From IMG/VR virus record IMGVR_UViG_3300045988_130724, positions 1 through 64,000 of that record: DNA of 64,000 bases. One strand, written 5' to 3'. This stretch comes from a virus. Every line of letters begins with the position of its first letter. Position 1 is the stretch's first letter. The translations under genes were made by a program, and so were the position numbers. The notes under the pieces are model-generated. The model was given only the letters and a program-made list of their open reading frames with translations, searched no databases and had not been told where the DNA came from. Positions 34,575 through 43,844 of the stretch are shown here, piece after piece.

Positions 34575-36227
34575 CTATTTAGTCTTCATTTTAGAATAAT
34601 CGAATCCCAGTTTTTTTGATAACCTCTTCCATAATATATGAAAATGAGTTGCACTTGCCTGTGATATTGTAAGTGTGTCTTTATTTATCCTTCTTGTAAA
34701 TTCTAACCGCAGATTTCGATTTTCATCATTATATAATTTCATTAATTCCTCTACGCTTATTCCCCAGCCTCCATCAGGCCTTTTCATTGAAAAGGTATAA
34801 TTAGGGGTTACGGCCCTCATTTCTGCAAGATTATTTCCAACAGCCAATGCTATATCTTGTATGCTGAAAGAATTTCCTATACGCATAATATCGTTTTCCG
34901 AATATCCCCATGCACCCGGATGATTATGGGTAAATATTCCGTCATTCATTAAGAGACATTCATCTTTTGTGAATTGAACACTACGACTTCCTCCCCTCTT
35001 ATCAATCACAATATTACCATCCTTATTGAACAATACACCTGTCTCATGGCTTTTATTTTGCCGTATATTAGATTCCACATCAGATACAGCCTTAGTAAGC
35101 TCGTAATTACTTCCGTCAAGGACTGAAAGCTGCTCCATACCCTCAATCTTATAAACTGTAAATGTCGAAGTTGGTGTATAATCAAGTATACTGTCAATTC
35201 GTTTTTGATTATCCCTAACAAAATATGGTAGCGTCCTTCTTTTCTTGGCTTCTTCTATACGGTAAGCATTTGCTCCCACCCACTGTTTGAAAGCGTCCGG
35301 TACATCCTTGACCTCATTCACGCTTTCTGTAGAAACATCGCTCCGTCCATCCCATTCCCAAAATTCTTCCTCTGTTTTGAGGATGGGGATTTTATAACAA
35401 AGGTCATTCGGATGCCAGCCAGTCCAAACGAAATCTTTAGGATATTTACCTGCTAACCTATCGCATATATCCCCATGTGGCATACGGTGATGATGTGAAG
35501 AGCTTAGCTTTATTTCGTACCCCACAACGAAATCCATTTGTTTCCAACGCTCATTTTCAGCAGTCCGGTAAGCCATGTTAATTTCAGATCGAGCCAGTCG
35601 GATAGAACGGTATTCGCAATCCAGCAAATGCATCGCACTTCCATACTTCTCTTTGTAGTCTTTTTGCAGCGATGGGAAGTCGAGCAGGTATTTGGAGATT
35701 TGCTTGCTTAACGTAATCGCACTTGTGCCTTTCTGGATGGCACAAGAAATGGCAGCTTCCAGTTCTTCTTTGTAGATGGTCGATTGCTTCCAAAGTTTAT
35801 CTGATATATTGAACCCCTTATCCTTTCTGCTCTGAAAGCTTTTCAGAGCATCGGAGTTTGTCTGATACAGCACCGTGTATTTTTTCTTATCCACAATGGC
35901 ATCGTATGCTTGTAGCACCTTGTCAGCCATCAAATCCTGTACCTCGTTACTATTCTTCCATTCCTCGGATGTTCCTCGATAGATAACTGAATGAATATCA
36001 TCAACGAACTGCATTTGAATGTCAGCTATCTGTTTTCTTGTTTGAGGGTAGTCAGACCATTTGAAAGGCTTGTCGCTTTCAGCGGAGTAATCGGTACACG
36101 ACACGGCTTTGGCGACTTCCAAGTTAAGAGTGTCGTAGATTTGCTCAACAAGGGCGACATACCTGTTCAGCCGGTTGTTGAGTTCCTGATACTTCTTCTT
36201 TTGGTTGGGGATTTTAGGCTTTGCCAT
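34575..36227 (-). CDS. MuF / SPP1 gp7-like minor capsid (head morphogenesis) protein with a C-terminal extension
   Basis: 550 aa. The MuF-type core includes 'HHHRMPHGDICD' and 'GWHPNDLCY'. The last ~180 aa form an extra domain with 'HETGVL' and 'THNHPGAWGYSENDI'. Confidence 0.75.
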   Translation of the reverse strand: MAKPKIPNQKKKYQELNNRLNRYVALVEQIYDTLNLEVAKAVSCTDYSAESDKPFKWSDYPQTRKQIADIQMQFVDDIHSVIYRGTSEEWKNSNEVQDLMADKVLQAYDAIVDKKKYTVLYQTNSDALKSFQSRKDKGFNISDKLWKQSTIYKEELEAAISCAIQKGTSAITLSKQISKYLLDFPSLQKDYKEKYGSAMHLLDCEYRSIRLARSEINMAYRTAENERWKQMDFVVGYEIKLSSSHHHRMPHGDICDRLAGKYPKDFVWTGWHPNDLCYKIPILKTEEEFWEWDGRSDVSTESVNEVKDVPDAFKQWVGANAYRIEEAKKRRTLPYFVRDNQKRIDSILDYTPTSTFTVYKIEGMEQLSVLDGSNYELTKAVSDVESNIRQNKSHETGVLFNKDGNIVIDKRGGSRSVQFTKDECLLMNDGIFTHNHPGAWGYSENDIMRIGNSFSIQDIALAVGNNLAEMRAVTPNYTFSMKRPDGGWGISVEELMKLYNDENRNLRLEFTRRINKDTLTISQASATHFHILWKRLSKKLGFDYSKMKTK

Positions 36228-36230
36228 ACA

Positions 36231-36401
36231 CTACTTCTTCTTGAACTTGTCACATATATCTCTATTCAAAAACTTACTCCATTTAAAGAAAGGGCAACGG
36301 CACATGAAGAACTCGCCTTTTAAATTTTTCTCGTGCCAGTCGTAACTATGCGCACAATCCCGGCAATGATAATTGGATTGAGGTGTTACTTTCTTTGCCA
36401 T
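36231..36401 (-). CDS. unannotated 56-aa zinc-ribbon-like miniprotein
   Basis: My own translation: MAKKVTPQSNYHCRDCAHSYDWHEKNLKGEFFMCRCPFFKWSKFLNRDICDKFKKK. The ATG shares one nt with the upstream TAA (TAATG). It is below the 60-aa track cutoff. Confidence 0.45.
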   Translation of the reverse strand: MAKKVTPQSNYHCRDCAHSYDWHEKNLKGEFFMCRCPFFKWSKFLNRDICDKFKKK

Positions 36402-36760
36402 TATTCTTCAATTCTATCGGGTGCGGGCATTTCCAATAGACGGATAGCCTTAATCGTCTCTTTGCCTTCCAAGATGGCTTTGCACAGTCTATGATAACCA
36501 TCTGCTATTTGCCCTACCTCATCCAATAGGATAGGATAATCAAGGGAACAGTCACGCACACGCTTGCATTGAAATATGAAGTTGTGAAGCTGGCTGCACT
36601 CAAACGGCTCTGTCGTCAAGTCGATATTCCAAAGTGGCATATCCATAACTGGATACTCTTTTGCCTTAGCAAAATCGTACAACGTTTGGGCATTCCATAT
36701 TTTGTTACCTCTATGATATTCGCTTTCGGCAAACGTCATTTCATCTATTGGAACTTTCAT
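36401..36760 (-). CDS. ParB/sulfiredoxin-fold-like small protein
   Basis: 119 aa. 'PILLDEVGQIADGYHRLCKAILEG' resembles the ParB N-terminal 'DG.HR' motif. Confidence 0.45.
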   Translation of the reverse strand: MKVPIDEMTFAESEYHRGNKIWNAQTLYDFAKAKEYPVMDMPLWNIDLTTEPFECSQLHNFIFQCKRVRDCSLDYPILLDEVGQIADGYHRLCKAILEGKETIKAIRLLEMPAPDRIEE

Positions 36761-37109
36761 GCGATTCTTTTTTTATATATACTTTAATTTCACCGGTAAC
36801 ATGAAGTGCGTCACCGACTTTTTCAACAAAATATTCTATTAACCCTCTTTGAATGATAGAGTTTATAATCGATTGGCGGACTTCATTTTTTACTTCTTTG
36901 ATAAGCATTTCATCTGATTTCCGATTAGACCAACCTTCGTCAAGTTTCATCTTCTTACGATAATCCTTGATTTCTTTCTTGGTCCGTGTAAGACATATGC
37001 CTAGTTTCTTTGCTTCGTAGTTATCAACTTGTTCAATACTACTTAGTCTTTCTTGTGGGTTGATCTTCAATGCTAATCTAATAAGCCAGTTTGATATTTT
37101 TTTCTTCAT
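36741..37109 (-). CDS. hypothetical protein
   Basis: 122-aa basic ORF with a 20-nt overlap with the downstream gene. Confidence 0.5.
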   Translation of the reverse strand: MKKKISNWLIRLALKINPQERLSSIEQVDNYEAKKLGICLTRTKKEIKDYRKKMKLDEGWSNRKSDEMLIKEVKNEVRQSIINSIIQRGLIEYFVEKVGDALHVTGEIKVYIKKESHESSNR

Positions 37110-37184
37110 GATTTTAAGTTTTAAGCCAGCAGCATAAACAGATGCCTACGCTGCCTTTAACTTGTCTACAACTTGGCAGATAGG

Positions 37185-37475
37185 CTATAAACCTTCATAT
37201 TCATAAGCCATCTTTGCACTCATGACGCCTACCTGACTTACTATTTTGACGGACAGCCCCTTTTGTACATCAAGCTCAAAAATCACATTATCATTAAATT
37301 GAGCAGAAGAGTATTGATACAACAGTGCATAATCCATACCTTCCAATTTTGCGTATATACTAAGTATGCCACTATACTCTCTGTCTATCTGTATTACACA
37401 TTTCCCAACAGAAATAAATTCACAGGAGTAACCTTGTTTTTCTTTACTAAATTCTAGTACATCAGTTTTTGCCAT
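37185..37475 (-). CDS. hypothetical protein
   Basis: 96-aa ORF just downstream of the portal gene. Confidence 0.5.
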   Translation of the reverse strand: MAKTDVLEFSKEKQGYSCEFISVGKCVIQIDREYSGILSIYAKLEGMDYALLYQYSSAQFNDNVIFELDVQKGLSVKIVSQVGVMSAKMAYEYEGL

Positions 37476-37495
37476 AATATTTATATTTTAGATTA

Positions 37496-38896
37496 TTATT
37501 CTGATTGTTCGAATATATTGCTTATCCTGCTTTTGGAAGCCTCTGCATCTTCTTTTTGAATTTGAGAGAGAGTCTTTTGCGGATCGGTAGAAATACCCAA
37601 GTTCTTGATGGCCTCTAATTGACTGACAACCGCTTTCCCCCCACTGGCTGTAACCCACTTCTCTATTTCTGACTTTTCATCATTTTGGATAAACGGAGTA
37701 ATAACATGCTCAACTTCAACATTATCTACCTCACCTTTCCAAGAAACATTCATCATTTTCAAGAAAGCTTTGATTACGCTACATTCACGTTCAAATGCTT
37801 CTATCCATGCACCACTTTCATCTCCAACCTTTAAATGAGCGTCAGTAAGTAAAGTCTGCCTTGCATCAAATCCGATGTTGCCAAGAGACTTCATGTTTTC
37901 AAAAGAAATATCCGGCATTTGTGATTGTGACCAAAATAACTTAATAAGGGTATCGACATGATATTTTAACGCTTCGATAGATTGCGCCCATGAAACATAA
38001 GAAACATCTCCGCCGTTTTCGACACGATAAACTCTACGACTTTCTCCCTTGTCTTCTTTTCCTTGAGTTGCGCCTGCTACTTTGAGAATAGGAGCACTAT
38101 TATATGCGATCACGTCACTATTGCGTGAAAGGGTGTATTCGATTTCTTTTCTGATATAGGAAAGACCGTGATAAATGGGAACAGGACGATAAGCGTATAC
38201 TCCAGGTATCTTCAGAATAACGACCGATTCTGATTTAACTAATTCCCAGCCGTTCCCCTGTTGTTTCCATTTATAATGAATGTTTGCTGTGTATGTCTCG
38301 AAATAGGTAACTTCTTCATTTTTGGCTTTTTTTGTGTATTCAAAAGACATTGCGATCATATCACCAAGCTCATCAAGTAAAGGGTATAACCTAACACCGT
38401 CCATTGGTGAGTAGGTCTTACATTTTAGCTTATACTTACTTTTAAAGCCGTATAGGGTGTTGGGGCTCTCAACTGTGTACCAAATGGTGAACATTTCGCA
38501 TGAAGCAAAGTAAGCATTGCCCCGATTAGTATTCTCGCTATCAATACGGGCATACTTATATATCGCTTCAATCGCTTTCGCAATACTTTGGCGGATTTCA
38601 TTGTCTTCTATATTGTGATATACACGTTTAATTGGGATAGCAAACATGAATTCAGTCATTCGTTTGGTGAGAAGTTTTTCAAGCCCAATGTAGATACGGG
38701 AAGCTTTTTCTATATCTCCATTAGATCGAATCTTGTCTTTACGAGTAACTGTGTCAGATACTATCTCATGTTCTGTTGGTTCGTAGTCTTTGATAAGTTT
38801 ATCCCAGGAGGGGACATAGACTGACTTTCCTTTTAAGTCGTTGATAATATTATCAACGGGTCGGGTACTGTCTAATATAGCTGTTATTTCGTCCAT
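37496..38896 (-). CDS. portal protein (SPP1 gp6-like)
   Basis: 466 aa. The size and its position upstream of the MuF-like gene fit a portal. Confidence 0.75.
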   Translation of the reverse strand: MDEITAILDSTRPVDNIINDLKGKSVYVPSWDKLIKDYEPTEHEIVSDTVTRKDKIRSNGDIEKASRIYIGLEKLLTKRMTEFMFAIPIKRVYHNIEDNEIRQSIAKAIEAIYKYARIDSENTNRGNAYFASCEMFTIWYTVESPNTLYGFKSKYKLKCKTYSPMDGVRLYPLLDELGDMIAMSFEYTKKAKNEEVTYFETYTANIHYKWKQQGNGWELVKSESVVILKIPGVYAYRPVPIYHGLSYIRKEIEYTLSRNSDVIAYNSAPILKVAGATQGKEDKGESRRVYRVENGGDVSYVSWAQSIEALKYHVDTLIKLFWSQSQMPDISFENMKSLGNIGFDARQTLLTDAHLKVGDESGAWIEAFERECSVIKAFLKMMNVSWKGEVDNVEVEHVITPFIQNDEKSEIEKWVTASGGKAVVSQLEAIKNLGISTDPQKTLSQIQKEDAEASKSRISNIFEQSE

Positions 38897-38938
38897 AAAT
38901 ATAGTAAAGTGTCACTTGACACCCTTTTTTTATATTGA

Positions 38939-39700
38939 TTATTTAGATAGGAATTTATTCACGAAATATATTTGTCCTTTGCCGGTTACTTTGGTAGTGG
39001 TCGTTACCAATACCGAACCATCCGGCTTGGTGATTGATGTTTTCTTTAACTCGAAAAGTCCCAATTTCATAGATTTCTGCGTCGGCTGATTGTAGTAGTC
39101 ACCCTTTTGACAAAGATAACCATTCTCGCGCATCCAGCTAAACAAACGGTTCTGACCGATATTTACCCCATTTTGTTGTAATATTTTAGCCAGTTCAGCA
39201 ATTAAACAAGAGCGATGTGAAGTTGAGACAGCATCAGCAAAAAGGACTTTAGGAGCATCTTTTTGGATCTTCCGCTCAGCCTCTATAAGACGCTGTTCTT
39301 TTCGTTTCAGTGTTTCTTGTGCCACAATAAGCGCACGTGCCATGATTTCTTCTGGAGTGTCGTCCATTTTGGTAGCGATGTAGCCACCTGTCTTACGGAT
39401 ACATGGCAACACTTCGCTTGTTACCCATTTGCGGAACTTTTTAGCTTCAGGCTTACGACTATCCAATATTGTATCATACAAACCATCCTCATCAACAAAA
39501 TTTGCCTGTTGGATTCCACCGGCTGTTTCAAGGGGATACTTTGAAAGTACATCCTTATCTAATCTTTGCGCTACCTTACTGGGAATCAAATCCAAAATCT
39601 GGCATACATCTGCCAAGCAAAAGAAAGGTTCGTTATTTTCACTCATCGCAATTCTTACCTTTCCGAATTGCTCATTCTCAAAAATTTTAATTGTGTTCAT
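38939..39700 (-). CDS. Bro-N / KilAC-domain antirepressor
   Basis: 253 aa. N-terminal 'IFENEQFGKVRI...FCLADVCQIL...KFRKWVTSEVLP' (Bro-N). C-terminal 'LAKILQQNGVNIGQNRLFSWMRENGYL' (KilAC/ANT-like). Confidence 0.8.
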   Translation of the reverse strand: MNTIKIFENEQFGKVRIAMSENNEPFFCLADVCQILDLIPSKVAQRLDKDVLSKYPLETAGGIQQANFVDEDGLYDTILDSRKPEAKKFRKWVTSEVLPCIRKTGGYIATKMDDTPEEIMARALIVAQETLKRKEQRLIEAERKIQKDAPKVLFADAVSTSHRSCLIAELAKILQQNGVNIGQNRLFSWMRENGYLCQKGDYYNQPTQKSMKLGLFELKKTSITKPDGSVLVTTTTKVTGKGQIYFVNKFLSK

Positions 39701-39826
39701 AATGTAGTTCCGTACTCCTTCATACGGTGATTAGTTACACATGATACTGCTCCATAAAGAAACCGGATAGCACAATACGTATACCCGAGAACATGAAAGG
39801 ATACGTTAGCATCAGATGCTATGGTG

Positions 39827-39834
39827 CAAATATA
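39827..39834 (-). promoter_or_regulatory. candidate -7 box (TATATTTG on - strand) upstream of the antirepressor gene
   Basis: The plus strand reads caaatata, about 125 nt upstream of the ATG at 39700. Confidence 0.3.
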
Positions 39835-39888
39835 ACAAAAGTGACATTTATTATGCCACTTTTAAACAAAAAAAATAATAATATTTAT

Positions 39889-40158
39889 CTAATAACCTAC
39901 CATTTTTACAGCTTCATGCATATAATATGGAAAGTTAATGCCAGCAATTTCACCAGAATATCCACAACGCCATAATTCAGCTTGCCAATCTTGGATTTCA
40001 TCACGTTCATCAATATTGTACCTTTTCATCAAATCTCGCATAATGGCACAATCTTCGTATTTTTCTAGCGCCTTTGCGGATGAATACAGATTGAGAAACA
40101 CGTACTGTCCGTACAGACAAAGAACTTTCTGAAATACATCAAAACGATTTTGTTCCAT
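39889..40158 (-). CDS. hypothetical protein
   Basis: 89-aa ORF in the AT-rich block between terL and the portal gene. Confidence 0.5.
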   Translation of the reverse strand: MEQNRFDVFQKVLCLYGQYVFLNLYSSAKALEKYEDCAIMRDLMKRYNIDERDEIQDWQAELWRCGYSGEIAGINFPYYMHEAVKMVGY

Positions 40159-40159
40159 A

Positions 40160-40519
40160 TTAAGGTATAGCTATACAGTGTCCGACAGCTTTTATTTCAC
40201 TATAATCTCCTTCAATAACCCGAAGCATTGCTTCAATTATATACCGATAAGTGTTCTTATAGTCACTATATCCAAATTCCAAGTAAGTGCTGCTATATTT
40301 TAAGGGAATATCATCGTTATATAAATATCCTATGTAATATTTCTCTCCATTATATGACACATTTTCCACTATTTCAATATTATATCCTATTTTGCCATTA
40401 ACAACTATCGCATACCAATATCTATCATTATCTAATGAACGAGGTACAACAAATCTATGGCTAATGATTTTTATCCTTGGTTGTAATATACTTCGACTGT
40501 TTATGTTATCTGAGCTCAT
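40160..40519 (-). CDS. hypothetical protein
   Basis: 119-aa ORF. Its stop abuts the next start. Confidence 0.5.
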   Translation of the reverse strand: MSSDNINSRSILQPRIKIISHRFVVPRSLDNDRYWYAIVVNGKIGYNIEIVENVSYNGEKYYIGYLYNDDIPLKYSSTYLEFGYSDYKNTYRYIIEAMLRVIEGDYSEIKAVGHCIAIP

Positions 40520-40529
40520 AGTTGTGTAT

Positions 40530-40847
40530 TTAAAAGTCGCACATTATGGTATATTTAGTTTGCAGAATCTTTAGGACTTTTTCTGTTACAGAAATTATAT
40601 CTTCATTATACCTTCTTACGTTTCTGCCATATCCTTTTATATCTTTGCTTATCTTCCGGCGAAGTGTAGCATTTTTAGGCAAACAGATTTCATAGAAACT
40701 GCCATCAATTGAAGTTATCAACATATCAGCTTTCTTCTTTTGATAATCCAGTTCAGTTTCTTTGTATTCACCTTTAGGAATGAAATTGGGATTGGGAACT
40801 AAATAGCCTTCTGCTACTACATTGCCATTTATATCATATACTTTCAT
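40530..40847 (-). CDS. hypothetical protein
   Basis: 105-aa ORF in the same block. Confidence 0.5.
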   Translation of the reverse strand: MKVYDINGNVVAEGYLVPNPNFIPKGEYKETELDYQKKKADMLITSIDGSFYEICLPKNATLRRKISKDIKGYGRNVRRYNEDIISVTEKVLKILQTKYTIMCDF

Positions 40848-40858
40848 AATCGTGTGTA

Positions 40859-41041
40859 TTAAGCGTTAATACCAATTGATTTTCTCATAAAGTCACTTGC
40901 TTGCTCTACTGACATATTCAGTTTCTTTTGAATCAGGATAAGCATACAGCTTACTTGTTCTTCTGTATCTAAGTTACCTTGTACAAACTCTGACATGATG
41001 AACTTTTCTATTATTCTCTGTTGGATTATTGTTGCTTTCAT
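40859..41041 (-). CDS. hypothetical small protein
   Basis: 60-aa ORF. It is the first gene behind the repeated promoter cassette. Confidence 0.45.
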   Translation of the reverse strand: MKATIIQQRIIEKFIMSEFVQGNLDTEEQVSCMLILIQKKLNMSVEQASDFMRKSIGINA

Positions 41042-41129
41042 TGCTCTTGTCTTTTAATTGTTAGTATTATTGGTTTCTTTTTGTATTGTAAAGATAGTCA
41101 TTATCAACGAGTTAGCCAAACATTTGCAC
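41031..41129 (-). repeat. 99-bp promoter/leader cassette, copy A (partner at 51885..51983)
   Basis: 90 of 99 positions are identical in my hand alignment. On the - strand it contains TTTG (41120-41117), a 20-nt spacer, TATCTTTACA (41096-41087), a leader, and the ATG at 41041. Confidence 0.7.
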
Positions 41130-41228
41130 TTTTATTTTTATCACAAACATCTCTAAATCAAAGATTTAACTTTTGACATAGAACAAAAATGGCACCGACT
41201 TTCACAAGCCAGTGCACATAAGAGCAAT

Positions 41229-41251
41229 GAAAACACAAAAGAAGTGTTTTC
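41229..41251 (-). terminator. hairpin terminator after terL
   Basis: 8-bp stem gaaaacac/gtgttttc with a 7-nt loop, about 30 nt downstream of the terL stop. Confidence 0.45.
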
Positions 41252-41279
41252 GGTTACAAAGGTACTAAAAGAAACACAA

Positions 41280-42791
41280 CTACAAAAAATCTTTGAGCAG
41301 CTCTTCATCGCTAATAAAGCTGTAATCCCTAGGATAGAATGTATTCGCTAATGCATCCATATAGTCAGGAGAACGCTTGATACGTTTTTTTATGTCTTCT
41401 TTAGCCTCAATGATAACCTTTCCATTACTGAGAAACTTCCATTTAGTTTCAGTCGCTTCTTCCATTAACTGGTCACATGGAGGTAAAGCTGCACCAAATC
41501 CATTTTTAGGATTGAGCCAGTCGCGCAAAGCCCAATACAAATATGCGCGCATATTGGCAAATTCATATTCTCCGGTAATATCATGCAACCCATCCGCACC
41601 TTCTGAATATTTACATGAAAAAGCATTTGTAAATTTTTCCTCCAATAAGCGGGAATAAACACCTGCCCCCTCTCCTATCGTATCAACAAATGCTTTTGCC
41701 CCTTTCTTCTTTAGGTAGGGAATCATCATACCTACCACGTGCATGTGGTCCGCACGTCCGGCAGATTGATGCACCTCAAACTGCGGCACATAATTACCAT
41801 ATCGGAGACAAAGCACGCTATTATCGCGTCCCATACCGGCCACGTCAACACCTAACTTACAAGATTTGGCTGGAATAAAACCGTTTGCTTGTAATTCTTG
41901 CCAATTCCTGTTTGCTATCTCTATCCATTCATAAGGTATAAGTACATCTTCAGAAACTTTCGGGAACATACCAAGTACCTTAACTCGAAATAAATCATTA
42001 GGTCTGTATAGTTTACCTTCCCAATTGAAATCGCCTTCTCCCTCATTGAAATCTGTTTTTTGAATGGGAGAACACCAATTTATTACCTTGTCTTTTACCC
42101 ATTCATAATCCACTTGACCGGGTATTACTATTTGCTTCTTTACTACATTTTCTGCATTTAGAGAGCTAAGCCTGAATTTCGCAAAACGGTCAGACTTCAT
42201 GGCACGAGCTGCGTAACCGGTAGTAACATTAGGATTGAACACTATGAGAAAGCGGGAATTACCCTGTAAGTTACCTTCAATAGCGTTGTATGTCGCTTCT
42301 GATATACCGGAAGCTTCAGTAACAACAAACATGGTATTTACAGCATGGAAACCGGACCATGCTTCTGTGTTGTCATCACCAGCTTTGAACCCCGTTAGAA
42401 ACCACTCTTCGTAATCTGTTTTAATTCCGGAAGACAGTAGACGTCCGGGCAAGAACCCTGCATTTCTAAATAAACGAGATATTTCAGGTATCATTATATT
42501 TTGAACCTGACGAGCTGTAGGAGCTGTCATAGCAATCTTGGTATTCTTAACTAACTTACCTTCTTTCCAACGTGGAGTAAGATACATAAAGCACATAGAT
42601 GCACAAGCTGCAATGTAATCTTTCCCACGAGCTGTGCCCGATGCTACAGCAGTCATTGGATTATGCTGAACGGATTGAAGAATAGCTTGTTGCTCTCTGT
42701 CTAGCCTTGAATGAAGAACATCATGAGCAAACTTGCACCAATCCTCTCGCCATGCTTTCATGTATCGTATAGACTTTTCATCTTTGCTCAT
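41280..42791 (-). CDS. terL: terminase large subunit
   Basis: 503 aa. Walker-A-like 'VASGTARGKD'. It has a 4-nt overlap with the terS-like gene. Confidence 0.85.
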   Translation of the reverse strand: MSKDEKSIRYMKAWREDWCKFAHDVLHSRLDREQQAILQSVQHNPMTAVASGTARGKDYIAACASMCFMYLTPRWKEGKLVKNTKIAMTAPTARQVQNIMIPEISRLFRNAGFLPGRLLSSGIKTDYEEWFLTGFKAGDDNTEAWSGFHAVNTMFVVTEASGISEATYNAIEGNLQGNSRFLIVFNPNVTTGYAARAMKSDRFAKFRLSSLNAENVVKKQIVIPGQVDYEWVKDKVINWCSPIQKTDFNEGEGDFNWEGKLYRPNDLFRVKVLGMFPKVSEDVLIPYEWIEIANRNWQELQANGFIPAKSCKLGVDVAGMGRDNSVLCLRYGNYVPQFEVHQSAGRADHMHVVGMMIPYLKKKGAKAFVDTIGEGAGVYSRLLEEKFTNAFSCKYSEGADGLHDITGEYEFANMRAYLYWALRDWLNPKNGFGAALPPCDQLMEEATETKWKFLSNGKVIIEAKEDIKKRIKRSPDYMDALANTFYPRDYSFISDEELLKDFL

Positions 42792-43153
42792 TCGTCATCG
42801 TCCGGCAATTCCTGCATCAATTTTTCAAACTGATTCACATTCACATCCTGCTCCACTTTTTCAACATAACCTCTATGCTTCATTTTGGTCTTGCTTAGCC
42901 AAATAAGCATAGTATTATCTTGTTCCGTCAGAGCTTTGGCAAACATTGTCGTTTCTAGCTTATCATAGAAACTTTCTTCTACTTCTTTCCATTTTTCGGC
43001 AAAATCTGGATCATTCGCTTTCCATTTATAAGCGATTGAGCGTGATATTTCCACAGCCTCACAAGCTGCGGTAACATTCAACATCCTTGCGTCCAAAGCT
43101 TTTAAGAATTTCGCTTTCTTTTGCCTTGTATTAAGCCTGTACTTCTGTGCCAT
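42788..43153 (-). CDS. terS: terminase small subunit (HTH)
   Basis: 'MAQKYRLNTRQKKAKFL...VTAACEAVEISRSIAYKWK'. An alternative upstream ATG lies at 43174. Confidence 0.6.
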   Translation of the reverse strand: MAQKYRLNTRQKKAKFLKALDARMLNVTAACEAVEISRSIAYKWKANDPDFAEKWKEVEESFYDKLETTMFAKALTEQDNTMLIWLSKTKMKHRGYVEKVEQDVNVNQFEKLMQELPDDDE

Positions 43154-43841
43154 CTTTATTTCCCTCCAATACATTGTTTACGATTTCCAACATTTTACAA
43201 ATACTCAAAGCTTGAGCCTTGATTTTATACTTGGCTTGCACTTTAGCTGATACTTCATTCAACCGGTGCATTGTATCCATATCCACCAAAGTTAGATTAC
43301 CAAGCTCTTTTTCTGAATAACATTCCAACGTTTCCATGAGTTTATCAAACGAAACCTTCTGCGTATCAACAAACATAAGAGTTACAGGAACGATTTCGTT
43401 ATTCGGCATTTCAACCGTATAGTTGATATCCTTTACACTTTCCAGAACTTCATTGCTGATATGCGCATACTCTTTCAGTGCGACATCTGTTATTTCATCA
43501 AGCAATTGCTTCAGAATCTCCGCATCGTCCTGCCCAACTATACTGTTATGTGACAATTGTGTTGCCAGCAACCAATCGTTTGTAGTTTCCTCTTCATCTA
43601 TGTACATAACATGGATGGAAGTAAGCCCAGCCATTTTTGCCGCTTGCGTCCGGTGATTACCACTCACCACCGTATAAGAGCCATCCGAATGCCTTACACA
43701 AAACGGTACGGACGACAATTGACCGTCCCTACGAATATTATTTACCAAGGCATTAAACGTGTCCTGTTGCATGAAATGCGCATTTTTCTTGACCAGCTTA
43801 ATGTCTGATAACTGTACTTCCGCTATCTTGAATTTTCCCAT
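43131..43841 (-). CDS. ParB N-terminal-domain (ParB-like nuclease/CTPase fold) protein
   Basis: 236 aa. 'VQLSDIKLVKKNAHFM' and 'YTVVSGNHRTQAAKMAG' fit the ParB/Srx motif. Confidence 0.7.
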   Translation of the reverse strand: MGKFKIAEVQLSDIKLVKKNAHFMQQDTFNALVNNIRRDGQLSSVPFCVRHSDGSYTVVSGNHRTQAAKMAGLTSIHVMYIDEEETTNDWLLATQLSHNSIVGQDDAEILKQLLDEITDVALKEYAHISNEVLESVKDINYTVEMPNNEIVPVTLMFVDTQKVSFDKLMETLECYSEKELGNLTLVDMDTMHRLNEVSAKVQAKYKIKAQALSICKMLEIVNNVLEGNKDGTEVQA

Positions 43842-43844
43842 ACA

